Source of the DNA: an uncultured Candidatus Saccharibacteria bacterium
GTDB lineage: Bacteria > Patescibacteriota > Minisyncoccia > Phycocordibacterales > UBA6899
Direction of reading: 5' to 3'
DNA length: 64,000 bases
Assembly: GCA_964469335.1 (NCBI GenBank)
Contig: CAYXYK010000002.1
Location: 125,549-189,548 of the forward strand
The notes beneath the pieces are model-generated. The model searched no databases. It was not told the origin of the DNA and saw only the letters and a list, made by a program, of their open reading frames with translations. The number at the start of each line of letters is the position of its first letter. Position 1 is the stretch's first letter. The translations under genes were made by a program, and so were the position numbers. This document shows positions 17,968 to 29,606 of this stretch, in pieces.

Positions 17968-19179
17968 TTAGCCGAATGTCAGCGTATAAATATCAAGTCC
18001 ACCGGCTTCCGGGGTGAGTTCAATGGTGTGGTCGCCATACCCTGCATCGATATCCACGATATCATAGAAACGCTCGCGGTCGACATAGAAGACCGATTCT
18101 CCCTTTTCGATGCGGATGTCCTTTCCGGAATTCGTTGCATCAAGCGGCTTTCCGTCCAGCAGCACTTTCACTCTGATGAGTTTTTGTGACCCCATGATGG
18201 TGTAGACCTGCTTTGCATGGAATCGGTATATCGCAGACGTGTGTTCAGTGAGATTTTCAGCATAGTCGCGTGTGATCTTCCATCCCCCAAAAAGATATTC
18301 CATGTTGAGTTTTGGGTCAGATAATGTGTCGAATGTCTGAATACCGTCTTTGCCTGTCGTGCCGTTTGCGAGGTTCTTGTTACGCGCTGACCCGAAGAAT
18401 GCTTCACTTGAGCCAAGCTGGGAGAGGTCTGCGGTGTCGACGGTGAGTTTCGAAATCTTCTGGTCGAGAGGAGCTGGTAATTTAAGCTTCGCAGCACGGT
18501 CATTGAGAAGAGAAAGCAACTTCTTCTCTGTTGCTTCATAGGAACCTTCTCCGGAATGGTCGTAAGCTATACGACCATCAAGGTCGATAAGGTAAAGGTG
18601 AGGCCAGGTTGCATTCTTGTACGCAGTCCACGTCTCTGCGCCGTTGTCGATCACGATCGGATACGGCATGTTGTGACTATATGCGAACTGATCGACGATG
18701 GTCTTTGAACGCTCGAATGTGAATCTCGGAGTATGAATAGCAACGATTGTCAGTCCATAATTATGGTATTTCGCATACCAATCATTGAGGTATGGGATAG
18801 TCCGAACTGAGTTGATCGATGAAGTAGTCCAAAACTCGACCAATACGATCTTCTTGCCGCGCAGGTCTTTGAGTAAGAACGGATCAGTGTTGGTGAAGCC
18901 TCCGGGTCGTACGAATTCCGGTGCTAGCTTCCCCGAGAATGGTGTTGGTGTGGTGGATACCTCAGCGCCGGTCCTGTCTGTAGGTTTCTTGGGGAGCGCT
19001 GTCCAGTCTTCGATCACAGCGCCAGAGGATGATGCGGCAACCACTGAATCAGTTGTCGAAGAAGCGGATTCGCTTGAATCGGGCGAGTTTGAGTCCATTC
19101 CCCCGAGCCAATATGAGAATCCTGCTACCACTGCTATCACGATGACCAGAGGAATGAATTGTTTCTGTGAAAGATACAT
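17968..19179 (-). CDS. membrane-anchored thioredoxin-fold (TlpA/ResA-like redoxin) protein lacking the CxxC cysteines
   Basis: Redoxin fold: KKIVLVEFWTTSSINSVRTIPYL...GLTIVAIHTPRF...YPIVIDNGAETWTAYKNATWPHLYLIDLDGRIAY. At the active site WTTSSINS stands where WxxWCGPC is expected. The DNA reads TGG ACT ACT TCA TCG ATC AAC TCA. The likely start is the internal MYLSQK methionine. Confidence 0.7.
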   Translation of the reverse strand: MYLSQKQFIPLVIVIAVVAGFSYWLGGMDSNSPDSSESASSTTDSVVAASSSGAVIEDWTALPKKPTDRTGAEVSTTPTPFSGKLAPEFVRPGGFTNTDPFLLKDLRGKKIVLVEFWTTSSINSVRTIPYLNDWYAKYHNYGLTIVAIHTPRFTFERSKTIVDQFAYSHNMPYPIVIDNGAETWTAYKNATWPHLYLIDLDGRIAYDHSGEGSYEATEKKLLSLLNDRAAKLKLPAPLDQKISKLTVDTADLSQLGSSEAFFGSARNKNLANGTTGKDGIQTFDTLSDPKLNMEYLFGGWKITRDYAENLTEHTSAIYRFHAKQVYTIMGSQKLIRVKVLLDGKPLDATNSGKDIRIEKGESVFYVDRERFYDIVDIDAGYGDHTIELTPEAGGLDIYTLTFG

Positions 19180-19192
19180 GATGATGGAATGA

Positions 19193-20272
19193 TTAAATGA
19201 TCGCCTCGGTGATACCAAGTGCGCTGTTAAGAAGGATGAGAGCAATGATAACGGCGATCAACAAGATGCCATTCTTGATGATGTGTGGGTGCTGTACCCT
19301 GATCTTAATGAATATGGCCAGTCCGAGCGCGAGCGTTAATATCGCTGCGAGGATGAGATAGATCATCGTCGAAGTCTGTCGCGGTGAAGCTAGCAGTGTG
19401 GCCGCGAAACCAGAGTGCACCGTGGTGAGAATGGGTGAATCAATCGGTGCGACATCGTCAGCGACCGACAGTTTTTGACTACTTGCACCTGCGACCGAAG
19501 TTGTACTGCTCTCATTTCGACTCAAAAGTGTCGGTGTTGGTGGTGTGGGCGTAGTAGAGACAGTCGTTCGAGTGGCGACTTCAGTCACTGGCTTCGCAGT
19601 GGTCGCTTTTTTAATATCGTTCTCCCTGGATGATACAAGTGTTACTAACGCATCAACGGATGTCGAAGCGACTCCTGTACTGCGCGCAATGAGAGACGGT
19701 CGTCCGAATTCTTGAACGACGAAGATCGCATCCTTTCCCTTGTACATTCCCTTGGCAGTGGCAATTCCGATTTCGGTATAGTTCGCGTTCATTATGTTTG
19801 CACGGTGGGTCGGCGAGGCAAGCCATGCCTCAGTGACGTCCTTCGAATCAGTGAAATTGACCGCAAGATTTTCACCAGCAGCAGCATAGTCGTACCCGAC
19901 CTGCTCGAACCAGTACCAGGGAGTTTTTCCATCCGGTGAGTTGTGAGCAAAGTACCCCTTTGCCGCCATGTCATCGGCCTTGAGTTGAGCGGCTTTTTCA
20001 AGGACTGAGCTCACCCTTAGTTGTCCGAGCTTTTCGCTGCTACGAGTATTATTGGTTTCGTCCACGAGTACGGTGGCGAATATTGCTGCAAAGTAGTTGC
20101 TATTCGGCAATATGAAGAGTGTGTGAGCCAGGAAGAATCCTTCTACGGTAAAAATGAAGGCAAGAAGAAGCAGTGCAAAACGAAGACGCAAAAAATGCGG
20201 CTGAAAGTCATTAGCTTTCGACGGTATGAAGTGATCCTTGATCCGTCGGAGGGTATTGTTCACACTGAACAT
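19193..20272 (-). CDS. CAP/SCP/PR1-like (YkwD-type) domain protein with Ser/Thr-rich linker and C-terminal TM
   Basis: CAP domain motifs (GYFAHNSPDGKTPWYW, GENLA, THRANIMNANYTEIGIA). Then a T/S/P-rich region and a C-terminal hydrophobic helix. 359 aa. Confidence 0.7.
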   Translation of the reverse strand: MFSVNNTLRRIKDHFIPSKANDFQPHFLRLRFALLLLAFIFTVEGFFLAHTLFILPNSNYFAAIFATVLVDETNNTRSSEKLGQLRVSSVLEKAAQLKADDMAAKGYFAHNSPDGKTPWYWFEQVGYDYAAAGENLAVNFTDSKDVTEAWLASPTHRANIMNANYTEIGIATAKGMYKGKDAIFVVQEFGRPSLIARSTGVASTSVDALVTLVSSRENDIKKATTAKPVTEVATRTTVSTTPTPPTPTLLSRNESSTTSVAGASSQKLSVADDVAPIDSPILTTVHSGFAATLLASPRQTSTMIYLILAAILTLALGLAIFIKIRVQHPHIIKNGILLIAVIIALILLNSALGITEAII

Positions 20273-20338
20273 TATAGCACAAAATAGTGCTAATTACAAT
20301 AGCAAAAGGAATATAGGCCTTTGTCTACCCCATACGCC

Positions 20339-20572
20339 TTAGACCAAAATCACTGTTTCAGTCTTTCCGATCTCTAGAAACCCAGTTTCTACCGGAAAAA
20401 CCTTTTCTGGCTTCCCTTCCTCGCGTACGACGATGTCACCCTTCACGAGCGTCGTGATGAGCGGCATGTGGTGCCCGAGGATGGTCATCTCTCCTCCAGC
20501 AGCCGGAACAGTCACGGAGATCGCTTCTCCACTGTGCAGTACCTTGTCTATCTGTGCGATGGTGAGTTTCAT
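20339..20572 (-). CDS. atpC: F-type ATP synthase epsilon subunit, N-terminal beta-sandwich only
   Basis: 77 aa, MKLTIAQIDKVLHSGEAISVTVPAAGGEMTILGHHMPLITTLVKGDIVV. The C-terminal helical hairpin is absent. Confidence 0.8.
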   Translation of the reverse strand: MKLTIAQIDKVLHSGEAISVTVPAAGGEMTILGHHMPLITTLVKGDIVVREEGKPEKVFPVETGFLEIGKTETVILV

Positions 20573-20659
20573 ATGAGTAGTATTTGTTTTCGAATGTATG
20601 TATTTCGTATCCTGAGTCTCAACCTTGGTGCGAGACGTCCGATACTGAATATTTCCATC

Positions 20660-22457
<1,798 letters not shown>

Positions 22458-22474
22458 AATGATTGTGAAAATGA

Positions 22475-23404
22475 TTAAAAATCGACGACGCGCATGGACT
22501 CCATGCCACCTACGATCTCAGAGACCTCTCTGGTGATCGTCGCTTGTCGTACTTTGTTAAAGTATAGTTTCAGTCCGCGTGAAATGTCACCCGCGTTGTC
22601 TGATGCGTTCTTCATCGCGAGCATGCGCGCAGAATGTTCAGAAGCATTGGACTCAAGAACGGAATGGTATATCTGTATATTGAAGAGTGCCGGGACAAGC
22701 TCAGAAAGTATCTCTTCAGGCGAAGGCTCGAAGGTCACCTCCTTCACAGGGTCGACGTCGCTCGCGCCAAGCTCGGAAAACTTCCCTTCTTTCGGAAGGA
22801 TGCCGCGAACTGCCTCCTCGACGCTCTTGAATGTGACTGGAAGGAGTTTGCGGGCGTATACTTCCTGCCGCAAAGTAGAAATGAAGTTCGTGTAGACGAT
22901 GTACGCTGCGTCGAAGTTACTGTCGAGATATCCGTCCTTCACAAGGTTCGCGAGTGGTTTGATGTCGTCGAATACTACTTTGTCTCCCCATTTCTCATAA
23001 TGAGCAAGTACCTCCCATTCACGCTTTACGAAATGCTCATGAGCCTTTTTACCGATCGTTACGAGCACGGTGTTTCCCTTATCGAGGTTGTTCTCGGACA
23101 TGAAGCGGTAGGCGTTCTTGAGAAGAGAAGCTCCAAAGCTTCCAGCAAGACCTTTGTCGGCGGAGACAATAACCACAAGGGTTCGCTTCACACTCCGTTC
23201 GTTCATCAAGGGGTGCAGCATCGCCTCTACGCTGCCTGAGATGGTCTGCAGGATACGCATCGCAGAAAGTGCATACGGACGAGTGCCGAGTGCAAGTGAC
23301 TGTGATTTGCGCATCTTCACGGCTGAAACAGCCTCCATCGCCTTCGTGACTTGGCGGGTCTTGTCGATACTTTTTATCTTATTTTTGACTGCTTTCAGTG
23401 ACAT
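22475..23404 (-). CDS. atpG: F-type ATP synthase gamma subunit
   Basis: MSLKAVKNKIKSIDKTRQVTKAMEAVSAVKMRK N-terminus and conserved C-terminal helix. 309 aa. Confidence 0.9.
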   Translation of the reverse strand: MSLKAVKNKIKSIDKTRQVTKAMEAVSAVKMRKSQSLALGTRPYALSAMRILQTISGSVEAMLHPLMNERSVKRTLVVIVSADKGLAGSFGASLLKNAYRFMSENNLDKGNTVLVTIGKKAHEHFVKREWEVLAHYEKWGDKVVFDDIKPLANLVKDGYLDSNFDAAYIVYTNFISTLRQEVYARKLLPVTFKSVEEAVRGILPKEGKFSELGASDVDPVKEVTFEPSPEEILSELVPALFNIQIYHSVLESNASEHSARMLAMKNASDNAGDISRGLKLYFNKVRQATITREVSEIVGGMESMRVVDF

Positions 23405-23407
23405 GAG

Positions 23408-24970
23408 TTATTTCGTGAACAGCTCAGGGTGTTCGCCCTTGAATGTTGCGGTTGCTTCTGTGAGTGCTTTCTGTGAGTCGTCGGAAAGTTCTCGTGATTC
23501 ACGGATGGTCTTAAGAATCTCCGGATACTGTGTCTCGAGCATCGCAAAGAATTTTGATTCGAGTTCTCCCACCTTCGATTTGTCGGCATCATTGATGAGA
23601 TTCGCACCTCCGACATAGATGATAGCAACCTGTTTTTCGAATGGAAGCGGCACATGTTTATCCTGCTTTAATATCTCGACCATGAGCTTACCTTTCTCGA
23701 TCCGCTTCTTGGTCTCCTCGTCGAGGTCTGATGAGAATTGGACGAACGCTTCGAGTTCACGGAACTGCGCGAGTTCGAGTCGGAGCTTGCCTGCAACTTT
23801 CTTCATTGCTTTGGTCTGTGCGGAAGTACCGACTCGGGACACAGACACACCAACGTTGATCGCCGGGCGAATGCCCTTGTTGAAGAGGTCGGTCTCGAGG
23901 TAGATCTGACCGTCAGTGATCGAGATCACATTGGTCGGAATATACGCGGATACGTCGTTCTCTTGGGTTTCGATGATGGGGAGTGCGGTGAGCGAACCAC
24001 CACCGAGCGCGTCAGAAAGACGGGCTGCACGTTCGAGTAAACGTGAGTGGAGATAGAAGATATCACCCGGATAAGCCTCGCGACCGGGAGGGCGGCGGAG
24101 GAGAAGTGACATCTGGCGGTATGCAACGGCATGCTTCGAAAGATCGTCGTAAATGACAAGTGCATCCTTGCCGCTATCCATGAAATATTCACCGACCGCC
24201 GCTCCGGCATATGGGGCCAGGAACTGTAGTGCGGCCGAAGAAGAGACCGGGGCAGAGACTACGATCGTGTAGTCCATCGCACCTTTATCGCGAAGTTGCT
24301 GTACGATGCGCGCGATCTTTGAATCCTTCTGTCCGATCGCGACATAGATGCAGATCGGTCGATTCTCAGGTGCTTCATTGAGCTGGTTGAGGATTGCGTC
24401 GATAGCGATCACGGTCTTTCCCGTCTGTCTGTCTCCGATGATAAGCTCACGCTGCCCACGACCTATGGGGATCATCCCGTCGATCGCCTTGATCCCTGTA
24501 TGGAGCGGAGTATTAACGGACTTTCGTTCGATAACACCATACGCTTTCCGTTCGATCGGATTCTGCTGCTTCGTATTGATAGGTATCCCGCCGTCGAGTG
24601 CTTCGCCTAAGGGATCGATGACACGTCCGATGAGTTCTTTGCCGACCGGGATCGAAAGGATCTTCCCTGTCGCTTTGACGGTCATTCCCTGCTTCACTCG
24701 GCGAGCGTCTCCAAGCACGACCACTTTAACGGAGTCTTCTTCGAGGTTGAGTGCCATACCCAAGAGTACTGAGTCCTCTTCAAGCGTATGCTCGAGAGAC
24801 TTCCCTTCGCCAGTTTCGAACATCACCATTTCCGACATCATCACCCCGTCGAGACCGTCTACCTCCGCGATTCCGTCTGCAGCTGTGACAACGACACCGA
24901 CCTTCTCAAGTTCGGGCTTCGCGCTGTGGGCTGCGATCTGTTTCTTCAGTTTTTCTACGATATGTTCCAT
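23408..24970 (-). CDS. atpA: F-type ATP synthase alpha subunit
   Basis: [18 protein letters not shown] Walker A. 520 aa. Confidence 0.95.
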   Translation of the reverse strand: MEHIVEKLKKQIAAHSAKPELEKVGVVVTAADGIAEVDGLDGVMMSEMVMFETGEGKSLEHTLEEDSVLLGMALNLEEDSVKVVVLGDARRVKQGMTVKATGKILSIPVGKELIGRVIDPLGEALDGGIPINTKQQNPIERKAYGVIERKSVNTPLHTGIKAIDGMIPIGRGQRELIIGDRQTGKTVIAIDAILNQLNEAPENRPICIYVAIGQKDSKIARIVQQLRDKGAMDYTIVVSAPVSSSAALQFLAPYAGAAVGEYFMDSGKDALVIYDDLSKHAVAYRQMSLLLRRPPGREAYPGDIFYLHSRLLERAARLSDALGGGSLTALPIIETQENDVSAYIPTNVISITDGQIYLETDLFNKGIRPAINVGVSVSRVGTSAQTKAMKKVAGKLRLELAQFRELEAFVQFSSDLDEETKKRIEKGKLMVEILKQDKHVPLPFEKQVAIIYVGGANLINDADKSKVGELESKFFAMLETQYPEILKTIRESRELSDDSQKALTEATATFKGEHPELFTK

Positions 24971-24987
24971 ATGTCTTATAGTTCCGC

Positions 24988-25386
24988 TTATTTGGTGATG
25001 TGCTGGTAAAGTTCGATGAGTGCTCTCTTGTAGCTTTGATCGATGCGCTGTCCTCCTGTCCTGATGATCGCCCCTCCCACAATCGTGTCATCTACAGTGC
25101 GCTTCACGTGTTTGTGGTCTGCTGAGAGGATCCTTTTGTACGGATCGACCTTCAGGAGCTTTTGGACCTCAGATTCTGTTATCGGTGAGGAGGTCACTAC
25201 CTCGATGGTGCTTTTCTTTGCGTCACGCTCATGGAGTTTCGTGAACGAGCGAAGTATCTTCTTGAGCAGGTGGTCGTGACCGTTCTCGTGCACTATGGTG
25301 AGAAGACGCTCCACGAGCTCCGTCTCTTTCTCCGGCTGCTCCTTCAACAGCTCCTCGAGTGCATGTGCATAATGTGCTGCGCGCAT
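24988..25386 (-). CDS. atpH: F-type ATP synthase delta (OSCP) subunit, short form
   Basis: 132 aa. The C-terminal [25 protein letters not shown] is typical of OSCP/delta. Confidence 0.75.
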   Translation of the reverse strand: MRAAHYAHALEELLKEQPEKETELVERLLTIVHENGHDHLLKKILRSFTKLHERDAKKSTIEVVTSSPITESEVQKLLKVDPYKRILSADHKHVKRTVDDTIVGGAIIRTGGQRIDQSYKRALIELYQHITK

Positions 25387-25389
25387 GAT

Positions 25390-25842
25390 CTAGGCGGTCT
25401 TCCCGCTGTTACGTAGTATCTTCTCAGCTGCAAGTACTGCCATCTTTGCTACCTCCTTCTCGCTTTCGCGGAGGATGTATGCTCGCTCTTCTTCGGCTTT
25501 CTTTCGACTATCATCCATCACTGCAGCGGACTTTTCCTGCGCTTCACGGAGGAGTCTGCGCTCCTCCTCAATTCCCTGTTTGCGTAGACCTTCGACGATC
25601 TTACCGCCGTCCTCGCGTGCGGAACGAAGAATTCCTTCCTTCTCGCCTTTGATGACCTGCTCGGCATCCTTTGCAGCCTTTGCCGCCTCGACTCCCTCCT
25701 TGATCTCTTGTTCACGCTTCGCGAGCATCACCATAATCGGTCTGTATGCGTAGCGATATAGTACAAAGAGTGCGATCGCAAAATTGATCATCTGTATGAC
25801 CAGCAATTTCCACTCTATGCCGAATGCGTGAAAGATCTCCAT
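25390..25842 (-). CDS. atpF: F-type ATP synthase subunit b
   Basis: N-terminal TM helix, then a long charged coiled-coil. 150 aa. Confidence 0.8.
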   Translation of the reverse strand: MEIFHAFGIEWKLLVIQMINFAIALFVLYRYAYRPIMVMLAKREQEIKEGVEAAKAAKDAEQVIKGEKEGILRSAREDGGKIVEGLRKQGIEEERRLLREAQEKSAAVMDDSRKKAEEERAYILRESEKEVAKMAVLAAEKILRNSGKTA

Positions 25843-25863
25843 GATAAGGGGGCCGAAAGGCGA

Positions 25864-26091
25864 TTACAGGAAGCGAATAAGGAATGCCGCAACGAGTGCA
25901 ATGATGCCGAGTGCTTCAGTGAGAGCGGCACCAAGGATCATCGTCGAGAAGATCTTTCCATAAGCATCAGGATTGCGACCGATCGCCTCAAGTCCCTTAC
26001 CGACGAGTATTCCGAGACCGATTCCCGGGCCGATGACACCGAGACCTGCTGCGAGTGCCATTGCGATCAATTTTACTGATTCTATTTCCAT
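25864..26091 (-). CDS. atpE: F-type ATP synthase subunit c
   Basis: 75-aa helical hairpin, GLGAIGPGIGLG-like loop, conserved carboxylate in LTEALGIIALV. Confidence 0.85.
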   Translation of the reverse strand: MEIESVKLIAMALAAGLGVIGPGIGLGILVGKGLEAIGRNPDAYGKIFSTMILGAALTEALGIIALVAAFLIRFL

Positions 26092-26191
26092 ATGATTTGG
26101 ATATTACTTTGATAACTATTAATTCTACGTGGCGTACTTCGGGAGCACGATACTGTTCACTACAGAGTAACGGACAGTATCGTGGTCTCGA

Positions 26192-26935
26192 CTAGTGGCC
26201 GGTGTCCATGATCGCCAGCTTGATGAAGAACAGTGTCAGCAAGGCGAACACCGCCGCTTGAATCAATCCGACGAACAGTTCAAAGAGCATGAATGGTGCA
26301 GGGACGACGTATGGTGCCAAGAACGTGATGATCATCACCAGTACGCTACCTGCGAAGATGTTGCCGAAAAGACGGAAAGAGAACGAGATCAGGCGGATCA
26401 TTTCCGAGAGTAGTTCCAAGAGTCCGACGAACAGTCCTATCGGAGAACGGAAATTGAAGAACTTCCCCACATACTTCCAGAGTCCGAGCACCATGATACC
26501 AGTCACCTCAATGGTGACGAACGCGATGATCGCGAGGGCAAGTGGAATGTTGAGGTCGGTGTTGATCGCACGGAGGAGCGGGACCACCTCCCCTTCATGC
26601 GTATGGTAAACGATGCTTTCGACTCCCGGTATGAATTCGAGCCAGTTCCCGATGAGAATGAACAGGAAAAGCGAGATAAGAAACGGAGTGAAGCGGTCAG
26701 CGAGTTTCTTGCTCTCGAGCGATGATTCAACAAAGGTATGGGCTCCTCCGATCATTGTCTCCATGAGGATCTGGAATTTCCCCGGGATCAGCTTGATGGC
26801 TTTTGTGGTCAAAAATGCCAGAAGCACTATAAACAACACGACTACCCAGCTCATGAGTAGTGTGTTCGTCAGTGGTATGCCCATGACTCGGGTCAATTCT
26901 TCTGCCCGTATCGCAACGTGGATTCCTCCCTCCAT
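26192..26935 (-). CDS. atpB: F-type ATP synthase subunit a
   Basis: Conserved Arg in FRLFGNIFAGSVLV. 247 aa, polytopic. Confidence 0.85.
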   Translation of the reverse strand: MEGGIHVAIRAEELTRVMGIPLTNTLLMSWVVVLFIVLLAFLTTKAIKLIPGKFQILMETMIGGAHTFVESSLESKKLADRFTPFLISLFLFILIGNWLEFIPGVESIVYHTHEGEVVPLLRAINTDLNIPLALAIIAFVTIEVTGIMVLGLWKYVGKFFNFRSPIGLFVGLLELLSEMIRLISFSFRLFGNIFAGSVLVMIITFLAPYVVPAPFMLFELFVGLIQAAVFALLTLFFIKLAIMDTGH

Positions 26936-27242
26936 ATGTGGCTACACCGTAGCATATTCGATAGAAAAATGGAAGAAAATGGCCTTAAATGAGGTGGAAA
27001 AACACCCTTGACACACCATCATGAGAAGAGCAGAATAGAGTCTTGTTCATTTGTGCTTCACATTTGGGCAAATAAATAATCGTATGTCCGAAGGAGCGAT
27101 GTACCGTGCGTTGAAATAGGAACGATCCATTTCAGTACACCCTAGATATCTCCTCCGGACATTAAGTGGCGAATAAAACGCCGCCTATGGACGATTTTTT
27201 GTTCCTTGTTAACCTGCTCTGTTCAAAACCTGGAGGTGTAAA

Positions 27243-27932
27243 TTGCTTTATCGTACAAAAGAACTCTTCGCTCCCGAGAGCGACCGTCCCATGCGTGACC
27301 TCTTGGTAACTGCTGGGGTCCTCGGACTCCACCAGCCCGAGAAGATCGGTGGCCAACAACTGTGCAACTATTGTGCAGACGGATTCCGACCGCACTACAA
27401 GCGTTGGATCGCGAAACTCTGCTTCGCGAAGGGCGGCGATGATGCCTTCTTCCACACGCCTGGGGGCAATGGTGATCCGATGCGGTTCGCGTTCGAATCA
27501 CCCCTCGCCTACTTCTCGTCAGACGACTGCGGCTTGTTCAAGACCCGTGAGGTCGTGCAGACGCTTGAATGGGCGACTGAGCTCGGCGTTGACGTCGAGC
27601 AGCACCGGCTGGTGCACCATTGGCCCTGCAAGGCAGCGCTTTCGATCGGTGTCTCGTTCCTGGAGTCAATCATCCTCGTTGCCAAGGGTAAGATGCGACT
27701 CAAGCATCAGATCCCGGGGCTCAAGGTATCCATGGAAGTCTTCATCGACTGGTCTGCAGACGAGTTCGAGGTTCATTCGCTCAGCAAAGAAGCACTGGTC
27801 AAGCTGATGCAGAACGACCCCCAGTTCAGCAAAGTGTGGGAGGATTGGCTCGCCTACGAAGACCGTGTCCGGCAATTGCCCGTGCTCTACAACTGGCAAT
27901 CGCCTGCATGTACTGAGCAGCGGGTGGCGTAG
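27243..27932 (+). CDS. hypothetical protein, GC-rich plus-strand island gene (TTG start)
   Basis: 229-aa ORF. GGAGG RBS 6 nt before the TTG. Followed by two hairpins, one a canonical terminator. GC clearly above that of the neighbours. No family recognised. Confidence 0.5.
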   Translation: MLYRTKELFAPESDRPMRDLLVTAGVLGLHQPEKIGGQQLCNYCADGFRPHYKRWIAKLCFAKGGDDAFFHTPGGNGDPMRFAFESPLAYFSSDDCGLFKTREVVQTLEWATELGVDVEQHRLVHHWPCKAALSIGVSFLESIILVAKGKMRLKHQIPGLKVSMEVFIDWSADEFEVHSLSKEALVKLMQNDPQFSKVWEDWLAYEDRVRQLPVLYNWQSPACTEQRVA

Positions 27933-27953
27933 TCTCGCCACCCACCTAACCAA

Positions 27954-27982
27954 CTCCGCCGACCCGTTCGGCGGAGTTTTTT
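27954..27982 (+). terminator. Rho-independent terminator (CTCCGCCG-loop-CGGCGGAG followed by TTTTTT)
   Basis: Read from the sequence, directly downstream of the 229-aa plus-strand ORF. Confidence 0.7.
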
Positions 27983-28028
27983 CTTGCCTCACACAGAAAC
28001 CACCAGGAATTCGGGTTGTTTCTGTTTT

Positions 28029-29606
28029 TTATAGATCGTTACCGGTGTACGAGAGATTGAAACTTTTGTTGCAGAGTGGGAAGTCCGGCACCATCTCCCC
28101 TTCGACAACGTGCGGGAAAGCTTGCCAGTTGAGGAATGAAGGATCACGCACCTTCACACGAGATATCTTTCCATGTGTATCAGTCTTGACCACATAGACA
28201 ATGTCACCTCTCCAGCCTTCAACGATACCGATGCCGACTGATCCGTGCGTCAGTTCCTTGTTTGCTGATGCCACCACATGTGGGCCTGCTGGAATCTCTT
28301 CGGTTGCCTTTCTGATGAGCGAGATCGAGGCATAGACTTCATAGATCTTTACCCAGAGTCGGGCTGACACATCGCCTTCAGTTCGAGTTGCCACCGGAAA
28401 ATCGAGTTTTGGATATGCTGCGTAGGAAAAGTCTTTGCGAGCATCTTTTGCTACCCCAACCGCGCGAAGCGGTACTCCGACCACTCCATAGTCCTTTGCG
28501 ATCTCGGGTTTCAATCTTCCGGTATTTTCCACTCGGTTTGCGAGGGTAATGCTCTTTTCTGCGATTTTGATAACCTCGTTGAAATCTTTTTCGATTGTCT
28601 TGAGTTGCTCAGAGAGTTGCTTGATCTCTCCTTCGTTTATGTCATGGCTTACTCCACCGATGATGATGGTCTTTCGCATGAAGCGGCTTCCTGTAAGGCG
28701 CTCAGCAATTTGCATGACCTGCTCACGTAGACGGCCTCCGTTTGCTCCCCCGAACGCATACGCGGTATCGAGCATGATGAAGCCGATGTCATTGAGATGA
28801 TTTGCGATACGCTCGAGCTCGGCATAGATCACGCGAAGGTATTTCGCACGTTCAGGGACTTCAATCTGCTTCAGATCTTCTATTGCTTGTGCATAAGCGA
28901 GTGCGTGGCTCACAGTCGAGTCACCAGAGATATGCTCAGCGAGCTGAAGATGCTTCTCGGCTTCAAGATTCTCAAAAAGCTTCTCCACACCTTTGTGTAC
29001 GTAGCCGAGTTGTGCATCGAGTTGCTGTATCTCCTCTCCGAGCACACTGAATACAAAGTGCCCTGGCTCGATGATCCCCGCGTGGACCGGACCGACAGGG
29101 ATCTGATACATCCCCTCGCCTTTCACTTCGAAAAAGGGATATGAAAAATCATCGATGACTGGAGGTCGGACATTCCAGGAGGTGCTTTTGCGAAGCGGGT
29201 AGATATCTTTGGGCCAGTTCGCATGAATGACAGTGTTGCGTGCCCCGGGATGGCCTTCTGGGGTGAGCCCGAACATAGTCATGATCTCGTTCTCGTAGCC
29301 GGCGAACACGCGATGGCGCGAACCAAGTGAGAGGAATGAACCAGATGAAGAAACTGGGGTGGTAACAGTCAGAAACTTGTTCTGTCCGATAACGCCGAAG
29401 ACATAATTCACCGTGAAAGTGCTCCCCGAAACTTCTTCTCCATAAACGGTGAGGAGTGAGAGTCGGCCGTCGAGATATAATGCCCCGACGACTTCCTGAA
29501 TATGGTTTTGTTGAATAGTCGTGTGTGCATGGGCTCCGGACCACTTGATCGGGAATTCGCTCGGAATCTGTGTGAATAGAGTGGGTTCGTTCATATTAGT
29601 GAGCAT
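28029..29606 (-). CDS. fused NuoC/NuoD-like (HycE/HyfG-like) large subunit of a group-4 hydrogenase-like complex, lacking the NiFe-ligating cysteines
   Basis: N-terminal 30-kDa (NuoC-like) domain plus 49-kDa/[NiFe]-large-subunit-like domain (GPVHAGIIEPGHFVF...). HISGDSTVSH stands where the RxCGxCxxxH motif should be, and DPSFLNWQAF where the C-terminal DPCxxCxxH should be. 525 aa. Confidence 0.8.
   Translation of the reverse strand: MLTNMNEPTLFTQIPSEFPIKWSGAHAHTTIQQNHIQEVVGALYLDGRLSLLTVYGEEVSGSTFTVNYVFGVIGQNKFLTVTTPVSSSGSFLSLGSRHRVFAGYENEIMTMFGLTPEGHPGARNTVIHANWPKDIYPLRKSTSWNVRPPVIDDFSYPFFEVKGEGMYQIPVGPVHAGIIEPGHFVFSVLGEEIQQLDAQLGYVHKGVEKLFENLEAEKHLQLAEHISGDSTVSHALAYAQAIEDLKQIEVPERAKYLRVIYAELERIANHLNDIGFIMLDTAYAFGGANGGRLREQVMQIAERLTGSRFMRKTIIIGGVSHDINEGEIKQLSEQLKTIEKDFNEVIKIAEKSITLANRVENTGRLKPEIAKDYGVVGVPLRAVGVAKDARKDFSYAAYPKLDFPVATRTEGDVSARLWVKIYEVYASISLIRKATEEIPAGPHVVASANKELTHGSVGIGIVEGWRGDIVYVVKTDTHGKISRVKVRDPSFLNWQAFPHVVEGEMVPDFPLCNKSFNLSYTGNDL

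Noticed and set aside
27162-27501. Two overlapping minus-strand ORFs (97 aa and 92 aa) upstream of atpB
   Set aside because: They are antisense to the plus-strand 229-aa gene, which has an RBS and a terminator, and they have no signals of their own. An atpI gene was considered but no match was seen.
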